This document shows positions 11,101 to 22,401 of a DNA stretch of 64,000 bases, piece after piece. Both the position numbers and the translations under genes were made by a program. The stretch is from Squalus acanthias. Lineage: Eukaryota. The DNA lies in NCBI GenBank assembly GCA_030390025.1, contig CM059432.1, positions 79,672,001 through 79,736,000 on the forward strand, given 5' to 3'. Within the stretch, counting starts at the first letter, position 1. Each line of letters starts with the position of its first letter. The notes under the pieces were generated by a model. That model did not search any database and was not told the DNA's origin. It saw only the letters and a program-made list of their open reading frames with translations.

Positions 11101-13631
11101 AGCCTGAACGTCGTCCAGGTCTTGTTGCTTGCGAGCATGGACTGCTTCATTATCTGAGGAGTTGTGAATGGTACTGAATGCTGTGCAGTACATCCCCATT
11201 TCTGACCTTATGTCGGAGGGAAGGTTATTGATGAAGCAGCTGAAGATGGTTGGGCCTAGGACACTGCCCTGAGGAACTTCTGCAGCGATGTCCTGGAGCT
11301 GTGATGATTGACCTTTGACCATCTTCCTTTGTGCTAGGTATGACTCCAGCCAGTGGAGAGATTTCCCATTGACTTCAGTTTTACTAGGGCTCCTTGATGC
11401 CACACTCGGTCAAATGCTGCCTTGATGTCAAGGGCAGTCACTCTCATCTCACCTCTGGAATTCAGCTCCTTTGTCCATGTTTGGACCAAGGCTGTAATGA
11501 GGTCAGGAGCTGAGTGGTCTTGGCGGAACCCAAACTGGGCATCAGTGAGCAGGTTATTGGTGAGTAAGTGCCGCTTGATAGCACTGTTGATGACACCTTC
11601 CATCACTTTGCTGATGATTGAGAATAGACTGATGGGGTGGTAATTGACTGGATTGAATTTGTCCTGCTTTTTGTGGACAGGACATACCTGGGCAGTTTTC
11701 CACATTGTTGGATAGATGCCAGTGTAGTAGCTGTACTGGAACAGCTTGGCTGGAGGTGCGGCTAGTTCTGCAGCACAAGTCCTCAGCACGATAGCCGGGA
11801 TGTTGTCGGGGCCCATAGCCTTTGCTGTATCCAGTGCGCTCAGCCGTTTCTTGATATCACGTGGAGTGAATCGAATTGGCTCAAGACTGGCTTCTGTGAT
11901 GGTGAGGATCTCCGGAGTAGGCCGATATGGATCATACACTTGGCTCTTCTGGCTGAATATGGTTGCAAACGCTTCAGCCTTGTCTTTTGCACTCACCTGC
12001 TGGGCTCCACCATCATTGAGGATGGGGATATTCATGGAGCCTCCTCCTCCCGTTAGTTGTTTAATGGTCCACCACCATTCACGACTGGATGTGGCAGGAC
12101 TGCAGTGCTTTGATCCTTTGATTGTGTGATCGCTTAGCCCTGTCTATAGCATGTTGTTTCCGCTTTTTAGCATGCATGTAGTCCTGTTTTGCAGCTTCCC
12201 TAGGTTGGCACCTCTTTTTTAGGTACGCCTGGTGCTGCTCCTGGCATGCTCTTCTCCACTCCTTACTGAATCAGGGTTGGTCCCCTGGCTTGATGGTAAT
12301 GGTAGAGTGAGGGATATGCTGGGCCATGAGGTTACAGATTGTGGTGGAATACAATTCTGCTGCTGCTGATGGCCCACAGCGCCTCATGGATGCCCAGTTT
12401 TGAGCTGCTAGATCTGTTCTGAATCTATCCCATTTAGCGCGGTGGTAGTGTCACATAACCCGATGGAGGGTGTCCACAATGACTGTGCGGTGGTCACTGC
12501 TACCAATACTGTCATGGACAGATGTATCTGCGACTGGTAGATTGGTGAGGATGAGGTCGAGTAGGTTTTTCCCTCGTGTTGATTCTCTCACCACCTGTTG
12601 CAGGCCCAGACTGGCAGCTATGTCCTTCAGGAGTCAGCCAGCTCGGTCAGTAGTGGTGCTACCGAGCTACTCTTGGTGATGGACATTGAAGTCCCCCACC
12701 CAGAGTACATTCTGTGCCCTTGCTACTCTCAGTGCTTCTTCCAAGTGGCTGTTCAACATGGAGGATTACTGATTCATCAGCTGAGGGTCAGCGGTAGGTG
12801 GTAATCAGCAGGAGGTTTCCATGCCCATGCTTGACTTGAAGCCATGAGACTTCATGGGGTCCGGAGTCAATGTTGAGGACTCCCAGGGCCACTCCTTCCC
12901 ATACCACGGTGCCGCCACCCCTGGTGGGTCTGTCCTGCCAGTAGGACAGGACATACCCAGGGATGGTGATGGAGGAGTTTGGGACATTGGCTGAAAGGTA
13001 TGATTCTGTGAGTATGAATATGTCAGGCTGTTGCTTGACTAGTCTGTGTGACAGTTCTCCCAATTTTGGCACAAGTCCCCAGATGTTAGTGAGGAGGACT
13101 TTGCAGGGTCGACTGGACTGGGTGTGCCGTTGCCGTGTCCGTAGTCTGTGCCGAGGTCGATGCTGGGTGGTCCGTCCGGTTTCATGCTTATTATTGTGTT
13201 TCGTAGCGGTTTGTTACAACTGAGTGGCTTGCTAGGTCATTTCAGAGGGAAGTTAAGAGTCAACCACATTGCTGTGGGTCTGGAGTCACATATAGGCCAG
13301 ACCAGGTAAAGGTGGCAGATTTCCTAAAGGACATTAGTGAACCAGATGGGTTTTTACAACAATCTGATAGTTTCATGGTTACCATTACTGATACGACTTT
13401 TTTTTATTAACTGAATTTAAATTCCCCAGCTGCCGTGGTGGGATTTGAACTCTCATCTCTGGATCATTAATCCAGGCCTCTGGATTACTAGCCCAGTGAC
13501 ATTACTACTATGCTACCGTTCCCTCACGCGATTCGCCTCAAGTGTGCGAGCGTGCCCTGTGTGCCATTTTTGAGCTCCAAGGGCACTCATAGCACCCAAA
13601 AAACGGGCACTACGATCTGAATTTTGCGCCC
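8200..13631. mobile_element. Degenerate PIF/Harbinger transposon (partner ORF remnants + 8200-8930; transposase remnants - ~9280-10040) interrupted by a LINE
   Basis: Minus strand encodes RRPYPPRVFR...FYASGSFQ...GFPMVQGAIDCT...PGSCHDAFILQQS with stops and frameshifts. Terminus ...CTGAATTTTGCGCCC at 13631. Left boundary uncertain. Confidence 0.8.
10329..13523 (-). mobile_element. Apparently full-length single-ORF LINE (APE endonuclease + RT; CR1/L2 group, Crack/Daphne-like, clade unresolved) with tRNA-like 5' head; ORF disrupted
   Basis: EN motifs TNIWGL, DIFILTES, DRPTRGGG (12788-13100). RT motifs [35 protein letters not shown] (10873-12035). A-rich 3' tail at 10329. Box A at 13505-13515, box B at 13441-13450. 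Confidence 0.9.
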
Positions 13632-13720
13632 TTTGTTTCCATTCGGCTGAACTGTGCTTAGTCATAGAGCCAACATTTTAATTTATAAATTTAAATGTTG
13701 TTAAAGGTACTTTGCTGACA

Positions 13721-13819
13721 ATGGCAGATGAGTTGGAAAGGTTCCTTGAAGAACAGAGGGCCAAGTTAGCACAAGATAAAATCGAGCTGGACCAAGATCC
13801 ACCATACATGGAGATGAGA
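13721..13819 (+). CDS. CSPP1: CSPP1 first coding exon (exon starts 13707), [33 protein letters not shown]
   Basis: Matches the recalled vertebrate CSPP1 N-terminus ([33 protein letters not shown]). AG acceptor 13705-13706, GTAAGT donor 13820, strong Kozak acaATGG. Confidence 0.95.
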
Positions 13820-14479
13820 GTAAGTCGATAATTTTACTGCTTTATATTAAAAACAGCAAATTAATTTGAAAAATTACTTGAATGAAAGTGAAGTTAGGTG
13901 GAGATTCTCTGTAGTATGTATTGATGTTCAAATGTAGCAAATGTAATGAATACAATCTAGCATCTGTATTTAATAAGTTAGATGGGCAGCTGATGAGTGT
14001 AACATACTAATCAATTGTTTACTTGAGGTGGGGGAAAATAATAGGTTTCTCCTGAAGTACTTGATCCCAGAATTCATGTTGCATTTACTTTCCATTTAGG
14101 ACAAATGTACATTTAAGAGGAAGAATCCAAGGCATATGATTTAGAAGCATTTTCCTACTATTACCTGCATAGATAGTGTTAATTTCAAGCCTACTTTTAA
14201 ATTTTACATGCTGAAGTAGAAACAATATTGTTATAAGTTTTACATTGGAACATTGGTGTAAATGCACCAATTTCTGAAGGCAATTTAAAAAAAAACCTCA
14301 TGTTTACTGAATTCTGATGTGCTTATCGGTGGCACAGACTAAAATTCTTATAATTTAGAAAAGATAAATGTAATACAGTATATTAATTTTATTCTTTATA
14401 AACTTAAAAAAAAAAGCAGGATCATGTACAACTGCACATTACAAACAAAATCCAAATTAGTTATGGGGGAGTTATAAAA

Positions 14480-14641
14480 CAGTGTTCCCTGTAATTTTTT
14501 TTCGTCTGCGGCCCCTATAATTGGCTGTGCAGGCCATTCAAATTTTCGCGCATATGTAGTTTCTCTCATGTAAAAGCTTGTGAGTGGCCTACGTGGCTCC
14601 TCCATACTGCTACGCAGCCGTGCAGCTTAACAGGAACGTTG
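14480..14641. mobile_element. hAT-type MITE
   Basis: TIRs CAGTGTTCCCTGTAA / TTAACAGGAACGTTG; imperfect TSD GTTATAAA(A)/GTTATAAC; ends match the 2.87-kb element at 40753. Confidence 0.75.
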
Positions 14642-15249
14642 GTTATAACACAACTTTTGCATTGATGAAAAGTGATTTCAAATATACTTTAATGCAAAAA
14701 TAGCTGTGAAATGTGAGAGTCAGGCCTGACATCTGACTGCACTAAAACCAAAAGAACACTGATGAGGCGCAGATTAACTTCAGACCTGAGCAAAACCCAG
14801 CTAACCTTTATCCAGAAAGTTCATTGGATCGTGTGGAACTTAATTTTGAATGGTTTTGTTGTTGGTAGAGTACATGAGCTCAATCCTTTACTCTTAACAG
14901 TAGCAGTGCATTTGCACAGGTGTAGCACCGTGCAAAGTGGTTTCAGCTTTACACTGATGTGAAAATTCTGATGTATAAATCAGGTGATAAGGTTCAAGCT
15001 GACTTCAAAGCTGCTTCCTACAGGGAGTTTCATTCTGCTTTCAATGTCAAGTATGTCTCAGTCCAGATTCAGACTGTTTGCACTGTAACTAGAACGTTGG
15101 CGTGAAGCAAAGCTGCTTTGCACTGACACCGCAATTATAGTGTGAATCGACCCTAAAATACAGTTGGCCGAAAAACACAGCTCTGCTAGGAAGAATAACG
15201 TGCAGCCACTAGCATAACTTTGCTTCGGGGCCTTACTAATAGGCGAGCG

Positions 15250-15640
15250 TCAGTCAAGGCTGTGAATTCCAGACCCACTATGGACTTGAGCATGTGATTT
15301 AGGCTGACATTTCAGTTCAGTATTGAAGGAGTGCTGCTTTGTCGGAGGTATTGTATTTCAAGGTCCTATCTGCTGCCCATGTGAGTATAATAGATCTGAT
15401 GGCACTATTTGAAGAGGAGCACAAAGTTCTTTTGTTGTCCTGGTCAATATTCCTCCCTAAACCAACAGCACCAAAAACATTATGTGGCCATTCATACATC
15501 TGCTGTTTGAGGGACCATGCTGTCTAAAATGGCTGCTGCGTTTGTCTACAGCAGTGACTCGCGCTAAAAGTAATCCATTGGTTGTAAAGTGCTTTGAGGC
15601 ATCCTGAGGACATAAGGTGCTATATAAATGCAAGATATTT
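15250..15640 (+). mobile_element. Deu-domain SINE with L2-like tail
   Basis: Deu core, and 3' end AAGGTGCTATATAAATGCAAG. Confidence 0.75.
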
Positions 15641-15705
15641 ATTTAAATCCCCTGAGGCAGGTCAATTAACAAAACAAATCCTGACTGCCCCACCAGATGT
15701 AAATG

Positions 15706-18700
15706 CAACAACAACAACCTGCATTTATAAGGTGCCTTTAACGTAGCAAAACATCCCAAGGTGCTTCACGAGTGCATAATCAGACAAAAATTGACAGTGA
15801 GACATTAGGACAGGTGACCAAATGCTTGGTCAAAGAGGTAAATTTTAAGCAGTGTCTTAAAGCAAGAGAGAGAGGTGGAGAGGTGAAGAATTTTAGGGAG
15901 GGAATTCCAGAGTTTATGGATTAGACGGCTGAAGGCACACTCGCCAATGGTGGGGAGAAGGAAGAAAGAGGCCAGAGTTGGAGGAACGCAGAGTTGGTGA
16001 GAGTTAGGACACGGGCAGCCGAGTTTTGAATTACCTCAAGTTTACGTAGGGTAGAACGTGGGAGGCCAGCCAGGAGTGCATTGGAATCATCAAGTCTAGA
16101 GGTAACAAAGGCATGGATGAGGGTTTCAGCAGCAGATGAGCTGAGGCAGGGGCGGAGACGGGCGATGTTACGGAGGTAGAAATAAGCGGATGTAGGTCGT
16201 AAGCTCATTTCAGGGTCAAATATGACACCAAGGTTGCGAACAGTGTGGATCAGCCTCAGACAGCTGCTAGGGAGAGGGATGGAGTCAGTGGCTAGGGAAC
16301 GGAGTTTGTGGTGGGGACCGAAAATCATGGCTTCGGTCTTCCCAATATTTAGTTGGAGAAAATTTCTGCTCATCCAGTACTGGATGTCGGACAAGTAGTC
16401 TGACAATTTAGAGACCGTGGAGGGGCTGAGGTAAAGCTGGGTGTCGTCAGCGTACATGTGAAAAGTGACGCTGTGTTTTCGGATGATGTCGCCAAGGGGC
16501 AGCATGTAAATGAGAAATAGGAGGGGGCCAAGGATAGATCCTTTGGGGACACCAGAGGTAAAGATGCGAGAGCGGGAAGAGAAGCCAATACAGGTGATTC
16601 TCTGGCTACGATTAGATAGATAAGAATGGAACCAGGTGAGTGCAGTCCCACCCAGCTAGATGACGATGGAGAGGCATTGGAGGAGGATGGAGTGGTCACC
16701 TATGTCAAAGGTTACAGACAAGTCGAGAAGGACGAGGAGGGATAGTTTACCTTTGTCGCAGTCATAAAGGTTGTCATTTGTGACTTTGATGAGAGCTGTT
16801 TCGGTACTGTGGCGGGGCTGAAATCTGATTGGAGGCATTCAAACATGGAGTTTCGGGAAAGATGGGCACGGATTTGGGAGTCAACAACACGCTCAAGGAC
16901 TTTGGAGAGGAAAGGGAGGTTGGAGATGGGGTGGTAGTTTGCAAGGATGGTGGGGTCAAGGGTTGTTTTTTTGAGGAGAGGGGTGATGACGGCAGATTTG
17001 AAGGAGAGGGGGACAGTACCTGAGGAGAGAGAACCGTTAACAATGTCAGCTAACATGGGAGCCAGAAAAGAAAGTTGGGTGGTCAGCAGTTTAGTGAGAA
17101 TAGGGTCGAGGGAGCAGGAAGTGAGTCTAATGGACAAGATGAGCACGGAGAGGTCATGAGGCGAGATTGGAGAGAAACTAGAGAAAGATGCGCGGGCAGG
17201 GGGGAACCTGAGAGGAAGTTTGGCCCAGTGGGCATGGGGAAGGAAGGGAAGTGGCAGAAGCAGCTGATTGGATGGTCTCAGTCTTGGAGACAAAGATGTC
17301 AATGAGCTCCTCGCACTTGTTGGAGGTGAACATAAGAAATAAGAGCAGGAGTAAGCCATACAGCTCCTCAAGCCTGCTCCGCCATTCAGTAAGATCATGG
17401 CTGATCATCGACCTCAACTGGAGGAAACAGAGGAGAGGGGTTTAAGAAGACGGTTAGCAGTAGAGAATAGAAGCCGGGGTTATCTTTGCATTCTAGAATG
17501 ATTCTGGAATAGTGAGCAGTTTTGGCAGATGAGAGCAGGACCCGATGATGCTTTGTGATCCAGCCAGATCTGGCAGTGAATGGCTAAACCAGTTGTCCAC
17601 CATATCCGTTCAAATCTGCATCCCTTGGACTTAAGGGAGCGAAGATGAGGGCCGTACTGGGGCAACGGCCAGGGTGAGAGAGAGTAATTGTTTTAATAGT
17701 GACTAGGGCATCAAAAGTGGTGGTGAGGGTGTGGTTGAGCAGATCGGTAGCAGAAATGTCGTGGTGAATGGAGGGCCAGTTGGGATTTCGTAATTGCAGT
17801 TATAAGAGAGTTGGGAGAGAGTTTTTTCCCGGGGCGGACACAGAAGAAGTAGGTTTGGGGGATGTGGGTGGAGAGCGATAAAAGGAAGTGATGGCCTTAT
17901 CTGCGATTGACATGATGGGAGTAGCGAGGCCACAAGATGGCAAGGTCGAGGGTTGGCCGTGAATATGGGTTGGGGAGTTTACATGGAGGGAGAGATTAAG
18001 GGAGGATAGGAGGCTAGTGAACTCAGAGGAGAGAGAGCATAATGAATTAAGATGGAGGTTGAAATCACCGAGGATGAGAAGTCGCTCGGTGCTGAGGGTG
18101 GAAAGCAGTGAAGATATCTCGGTGATAACATTTTTATGGTACTTGGGTGGGTGGTAGAGAACGAGAATTTTAAATGAGAGGTGAGAGGGGTGGAATAAGA
18201 TGAGATGCTCAAAGGAGGAGAAAGTGCCGGAGGAGTAGGGGGACAGACCAAGGTGTGATTTGGTGATGAGAGCCGCACTGCCACCATGGCAGTCTGGACG
18301 GGGCAAGTGGTGGACGGTATAGCCAGGTGGGGAGGCTTCATTTAAGGGTAAGGTGTCATTAAACCTCAGCCAAGTTTCCGTCAGGGCCATGATGTCGATG
18401 CAATCATCCACGATAAACTCATGGATATTCGCAAGTGAACGGATGTTCTGGAGGGAGATGTGGAGAGGGTCGGTGATGACTGACCCATTGCCAGCGTCCA
18501 CAGGGTTAGTGCTGGAAGGGGTGAGTTGGACGAGGAGGAGATTGGCAAGATTAGCCTCCAGCGGATGTGCTGGACGGGAAGGTCGGCGAGAGAGTAGGAT
18601 GGGGCAGTTGGGGTTGCTGCTCGTGAGGAGGCTGCGACGAGTGCTACGGTGGGCCTTTCGGAGAATGCCAAGAGAGGCACAGAGGGAAGCTGTACGCATA

Positions 18701-18960
18701 TCTATGAGGGAGTCAAGCTTGGGATGGCGGCAGGAGAGTAGGAAGGTCGAAGAGTTGGGGTAGGGAGTTGGGAGGGCAGAGTATCCGAGAGAGGAGAGAT
18801 GAAAGGAGGCATGATGACAGGAGAGTGTGGTCAGGGAGGGATACAGACAAAAAGAAAAGTGGGGATAAAAAATGTAAATAGAAGTGAATGGTTTGGGTCT
18901 GGAGCGGCAGCCAAAATGCGCTCTTGAATGGACACGGAAAAACTCAGGTTACGTGGGCCT
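15706..18960 (-). mobile_element. L2 LINE, long copy with EN and RT, frameshifted; short CR1 tail nested at ~17329-17418
   Basis: [37 protein letters not shown]; (GTT)n tail at 15706. 5' boundary approximate. Confidence 0.9.
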
Positions 18961-20051
18961 GGTTATATATCAATTAATGGGATACATATTTCCTGGTAGT
19001 AGCAGGGAATAGGTTGGAGACAATAGTAGGGAGACCAGAGTTAAAGTCCGAGGTCCCATGGAGGGGAAAAAAATTGACGCAGGTAGAATGGAGTTGGCAT
19101 GGAGCATCGACGAACTGTTGTCCAAGTTCGGAGACAGTTGTAGCAAGTGAGTGAAATCCAGAAGCTATTTGAATGGTAGAGAATTGGAGGATGGAGGTTA
19201 TTGCCGTAGGAACTTTTCCTAATCTCACGAGGGAATATTCATGTGTTTCAGCAATCCTATAAATGTGGATGTCATCCCTTATCAATCTTCTATTCTCCAG
19301 TGAAAACTGGTTCAGCTCTGCCCTTGTCCAGAGTATTTTGAGCAATACACCACCACCTCGTGGCCAGATATTGCAATTACAGGGTGATGAGTTTATGTAG
19401 TTGGTTTCTGTTGTGCGCTTGGAATTTACAATGGAAAAAGTTGACTAAGTGTGACAAATGTGATTATAGACAAGCCCAGGTGTAAAATTTTTTAATTCTT
19501 ACATGAGGTGCAAGCTTCATTGAAAACTATGTAAACATTTCCTATGGAAATTCCAGTGTAAAAATGTCTACACTTATCTGTCAAAATTCTCTTTCATGCC
19601 TCTAAGTGGCGTTTAATAGCATTTCTAGTGTTAATCTGAACAGTGGCCTGTCACAGCTCCCTGTAGCGCCACCATATGATGCTGTAATAGTGCTTCCCCA
19701 TAAGTCATTCAGAATGCTTTCTGGGAAATATTTTGTCCATCAGTTTTTATTACTAACTGAAATGACTATGTCTAAAACTTGGGTATAAACAAACCAAATA
19801 AAAATATATAATTCACAATAACATAAATTAAATTATCCATTGAGTTGAATCTTGTGTGTTTTATTATCTTCATTATCGTTATTACTTGAAGACTTCAGCC
19901 TCTTCTATAAACGTCAAGTGTTATTAAGATGAGTGTGTCTGCTCATGCTAATGTTACTTAAATTGCCAAAAAACATTGGACTTTGAGGCCAACTAATTAT
20001 TTCACCTGTGTTTTGTTGACTGTTAAAAGGTAAATGTTTACACCTGTGAGA

Positions 20052-20054
<3 letters not shown>

Positions 20055-20087
<33 letters not shown>

Positions 20088-20101
20088 ATATCTATATCTA
20101 T
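20055..20101. repeat. (TA)n plus (TCTATA)n microsatellite
   Basis: Directly visible. Confidence 0.95.
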
Positions 20102-20836
20102 GAAACACAGAGGCAGGCACAGGTTTATTTTTTTAAAAGAAAGCTGAATTTTCAAAGTTGAAAAGATTTTTTGAGGGGAACAGATTGAAAAGGAAGGTAT
20201 AGGAGGACTTTGGTCTATCGTCCAGAAGTGAGTGGGATTGAGAGGAAGTAGTTGGCAGCGTAAGGGTGAGATGAGTTACAGCAAGGGGAGGAGGATACAG
20301 GGGTTCCTGTACCCTGGATAGTATAAATGGGTAGTGATGGGACTGTGGGGGAGGGGGATTGGAAAAGTGAAGGGGTCGGGGACATTATATTATGAGGGAA
20401 TGTTTGGAAGCAGAGCAGTGATTGGAGGAGGAGATAGAGAAGGAAGCTGCTAATAGCTATATTTTCACCCTCACCTCCCACTCGGAATGCAACCTGTGTT
20501 GTATGTAGCTCTTTTCCCTGCCGCATCACATCATACCACTCGCCACCTTCCACCCGAAAGGAAAGAAGAAAAAGGCAGAGAGAATCAAAAATATTTGGAG
20601 AGAGAGAAAGAGACAGGGAAACAGCAACATGGATAAGAGATGGGTAAGATGGAGACCATATTCTCTGCCTTATTGTGTGCAATGCAATGGGAGATTTTTT
20701 TAATACTAAGTATTGACAGCCATACAAACCATATGCAGGTTCCACTGTGTTATGGTGAATGTGACTTGTCTTCCTGATATAAATAGTTTGAGACAATTCC
20801 AGTTGATATTTTTATAACTTGACTTTTTTTTCCCAG

Positions 20837-20954
20837 ACAAAATCTTCAGACCCATTTAGTAAGACCTATCAAGCAGCTGAATCAATAGCTAAAGGAAATA
20901 TCCTCCCAGGCATTCAGTCTATGAAAGAAAATCTACAAACTGGCAGATCTAAAG
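20837..20954 (+). CDS. CSPP1: CSPP1 coding exon 2 (phase 0 to 1), TKSSDPFSKTYQAAESIAKGNILPGIQSMKENLQTGRSK
   Basis: Polypyrimidine + CAG acceptor, GT donor, phases fit neighbours; SIAKGNILP resembles recalled SMAKENIPP. Confidence 0.85.
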
Positions 20955-21552
20955 GTACAGTGCAGTTAGTAGCATCTAACATGTTGGTATTATACAAATA
21001 ACTGCCCACCATGGCTCAGTGGGTAAATGTAGCTTCTGGTGTTGGACTGAGCTGTTCTGAACAGGAAGGTCCCATGCAGAATCACTGGTTTTTGTTGCGA
21101 TCCTTCTGTTCCTTGTATACATAAGCTACATAGATTGGCTATTTCAATGCAAGCTGGTTAAATTTGGGTACATGATTACATAGCATTGCATTGAAATTAC
21201 AACACAGAAACGTAATGTTTAGCTCCACGCTGGTGTTTATCCTGCATATGTGAATAGTACTAAAATTCCGCTCTAGATCACTAATTTTACAGAACATCTA
21301 GATTTAATATCCTTGTTACATTTTGGGGTTATCACTTTTTTAACATTTTAAGTGCTTTTGATAGAAATGTTTATTTTTTACTTTGCTTTATTTTATTTGA
21401 ATTTGTCAAAATCCAATCCTGAAGTGGTTTTTGCATGATTTAAACAAATATTTTAAAATCTTGTTGTATACACATTAATTTGCTCAAAAGCATGAGTAGG
21501 CAACAAAAAGACACTGAAATTATAAATATTTTAAAAACAACTCTATTTTTAG

Positions 21553-21656
21553 AAGAAAACTATGGGTTAAGCCTGCCACTTGGATTAGAATATGATCAAA
21601 AGAAACAGAAATTGAAGGAGGAACTTCGACAAGACTACAGACGCTACATGGCAGAG
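21553..21656 (+). CDS. CSPP1: CSPP1 coding exon 3, [34 protein letters not shown]
   Basis: Strong match to the conserved YGLSLPLG...[13 protein letters not shown] motif; AG/GT boundaries. Confidence 0.95.
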
Positions 21657-22320
21657 GTAGAGTGTTGCAATGATGTGTTGTGTCAGTCCCAATGTAAACA
21701 CCAAAAAAAAACGCTGTAAAGGCATAAGGTTCTGTTTTTGTCATTTTCTTCCCCTCTTTTGAACACCTGATAACTCCTGCTGTTAACCTATGGGCAGTTT
21801 TAATACTCCCATCTTTCTCTTGCCCATTCTCGAAACTAGATGCTGAGTGTTGATAGGCTAACTAACTGGGGGGTGAATTGGGGTGGGTGTGGGGAAGAAA
21901 GAAGATAGTTACAGCTGAGCTTGATCTCTACTTACCTATCCCCTTGCGACTACTGGAATTCAGGAGCAGGAATTCCTATTTTCCCCTGATTGAAAAAGGA
22001 TAGCTGAGAGGGAGCGACATGGTGGTGAAGATGGAGAAAAAGCAAGGGACAGAGGCGGTAGTGAGAGAGTGTTAGAGAGAGTGTGAAGCAAACTGGATTG
22101 GGTGCAAGTTGGAAACAAAAATGCAGGAGGGTGGCAATGCCATCTATTTGAGGTTTCCATTTTTTATTTAGACTTGGTGCTAATATCCATAGCTGATTAG
22201 GTGCACAAGTCTGTGACTTTTGGTGAGATTCCAAAAAGTTTGAAAATCATTGGCCTAATCGGGTAATCAAAGAAAGGAATTGTACTTTTAAAATTATTTC
22301 GAGCCTCTTTCTTGTTCCAG

Positions 22321-22401
22321 AAAAATTCCAGGACTGTAAGGGAGCTGGAGCGAACAACTGAAAAGCTTTCGCTTCCCATCTCTGACAGAAAATCAGCAAA
22401 G
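22321..22401 (+). CDS. CSPP1: CSPP1 coding exon 4, KNSRTVRELERTTEKLSLPISDRKSAK
   Basis: SLPI..R.SAK motif; CAG acceptor, GTAAGC donor. Confidence 0.92.

Noticed and set aside
13441..13523. Stand-alone tRNA gene
   Set aside because: No convincing acceptor stem, has an extra arm, and is contiguous with a retroelement; treated as a tRNA-like head.
17321..17424. TGGAGG as a TSD around the CR1 tail in L2
   Set aside because: Not flush with the insert, and the host L2 is GGAG-rich here.
20215..20796. 193-aa minus-strand ORF
   Set aside because: Low-complexity purine-skewed sequence, no recognisable motif, non-ATG start; probably decayed repeat.
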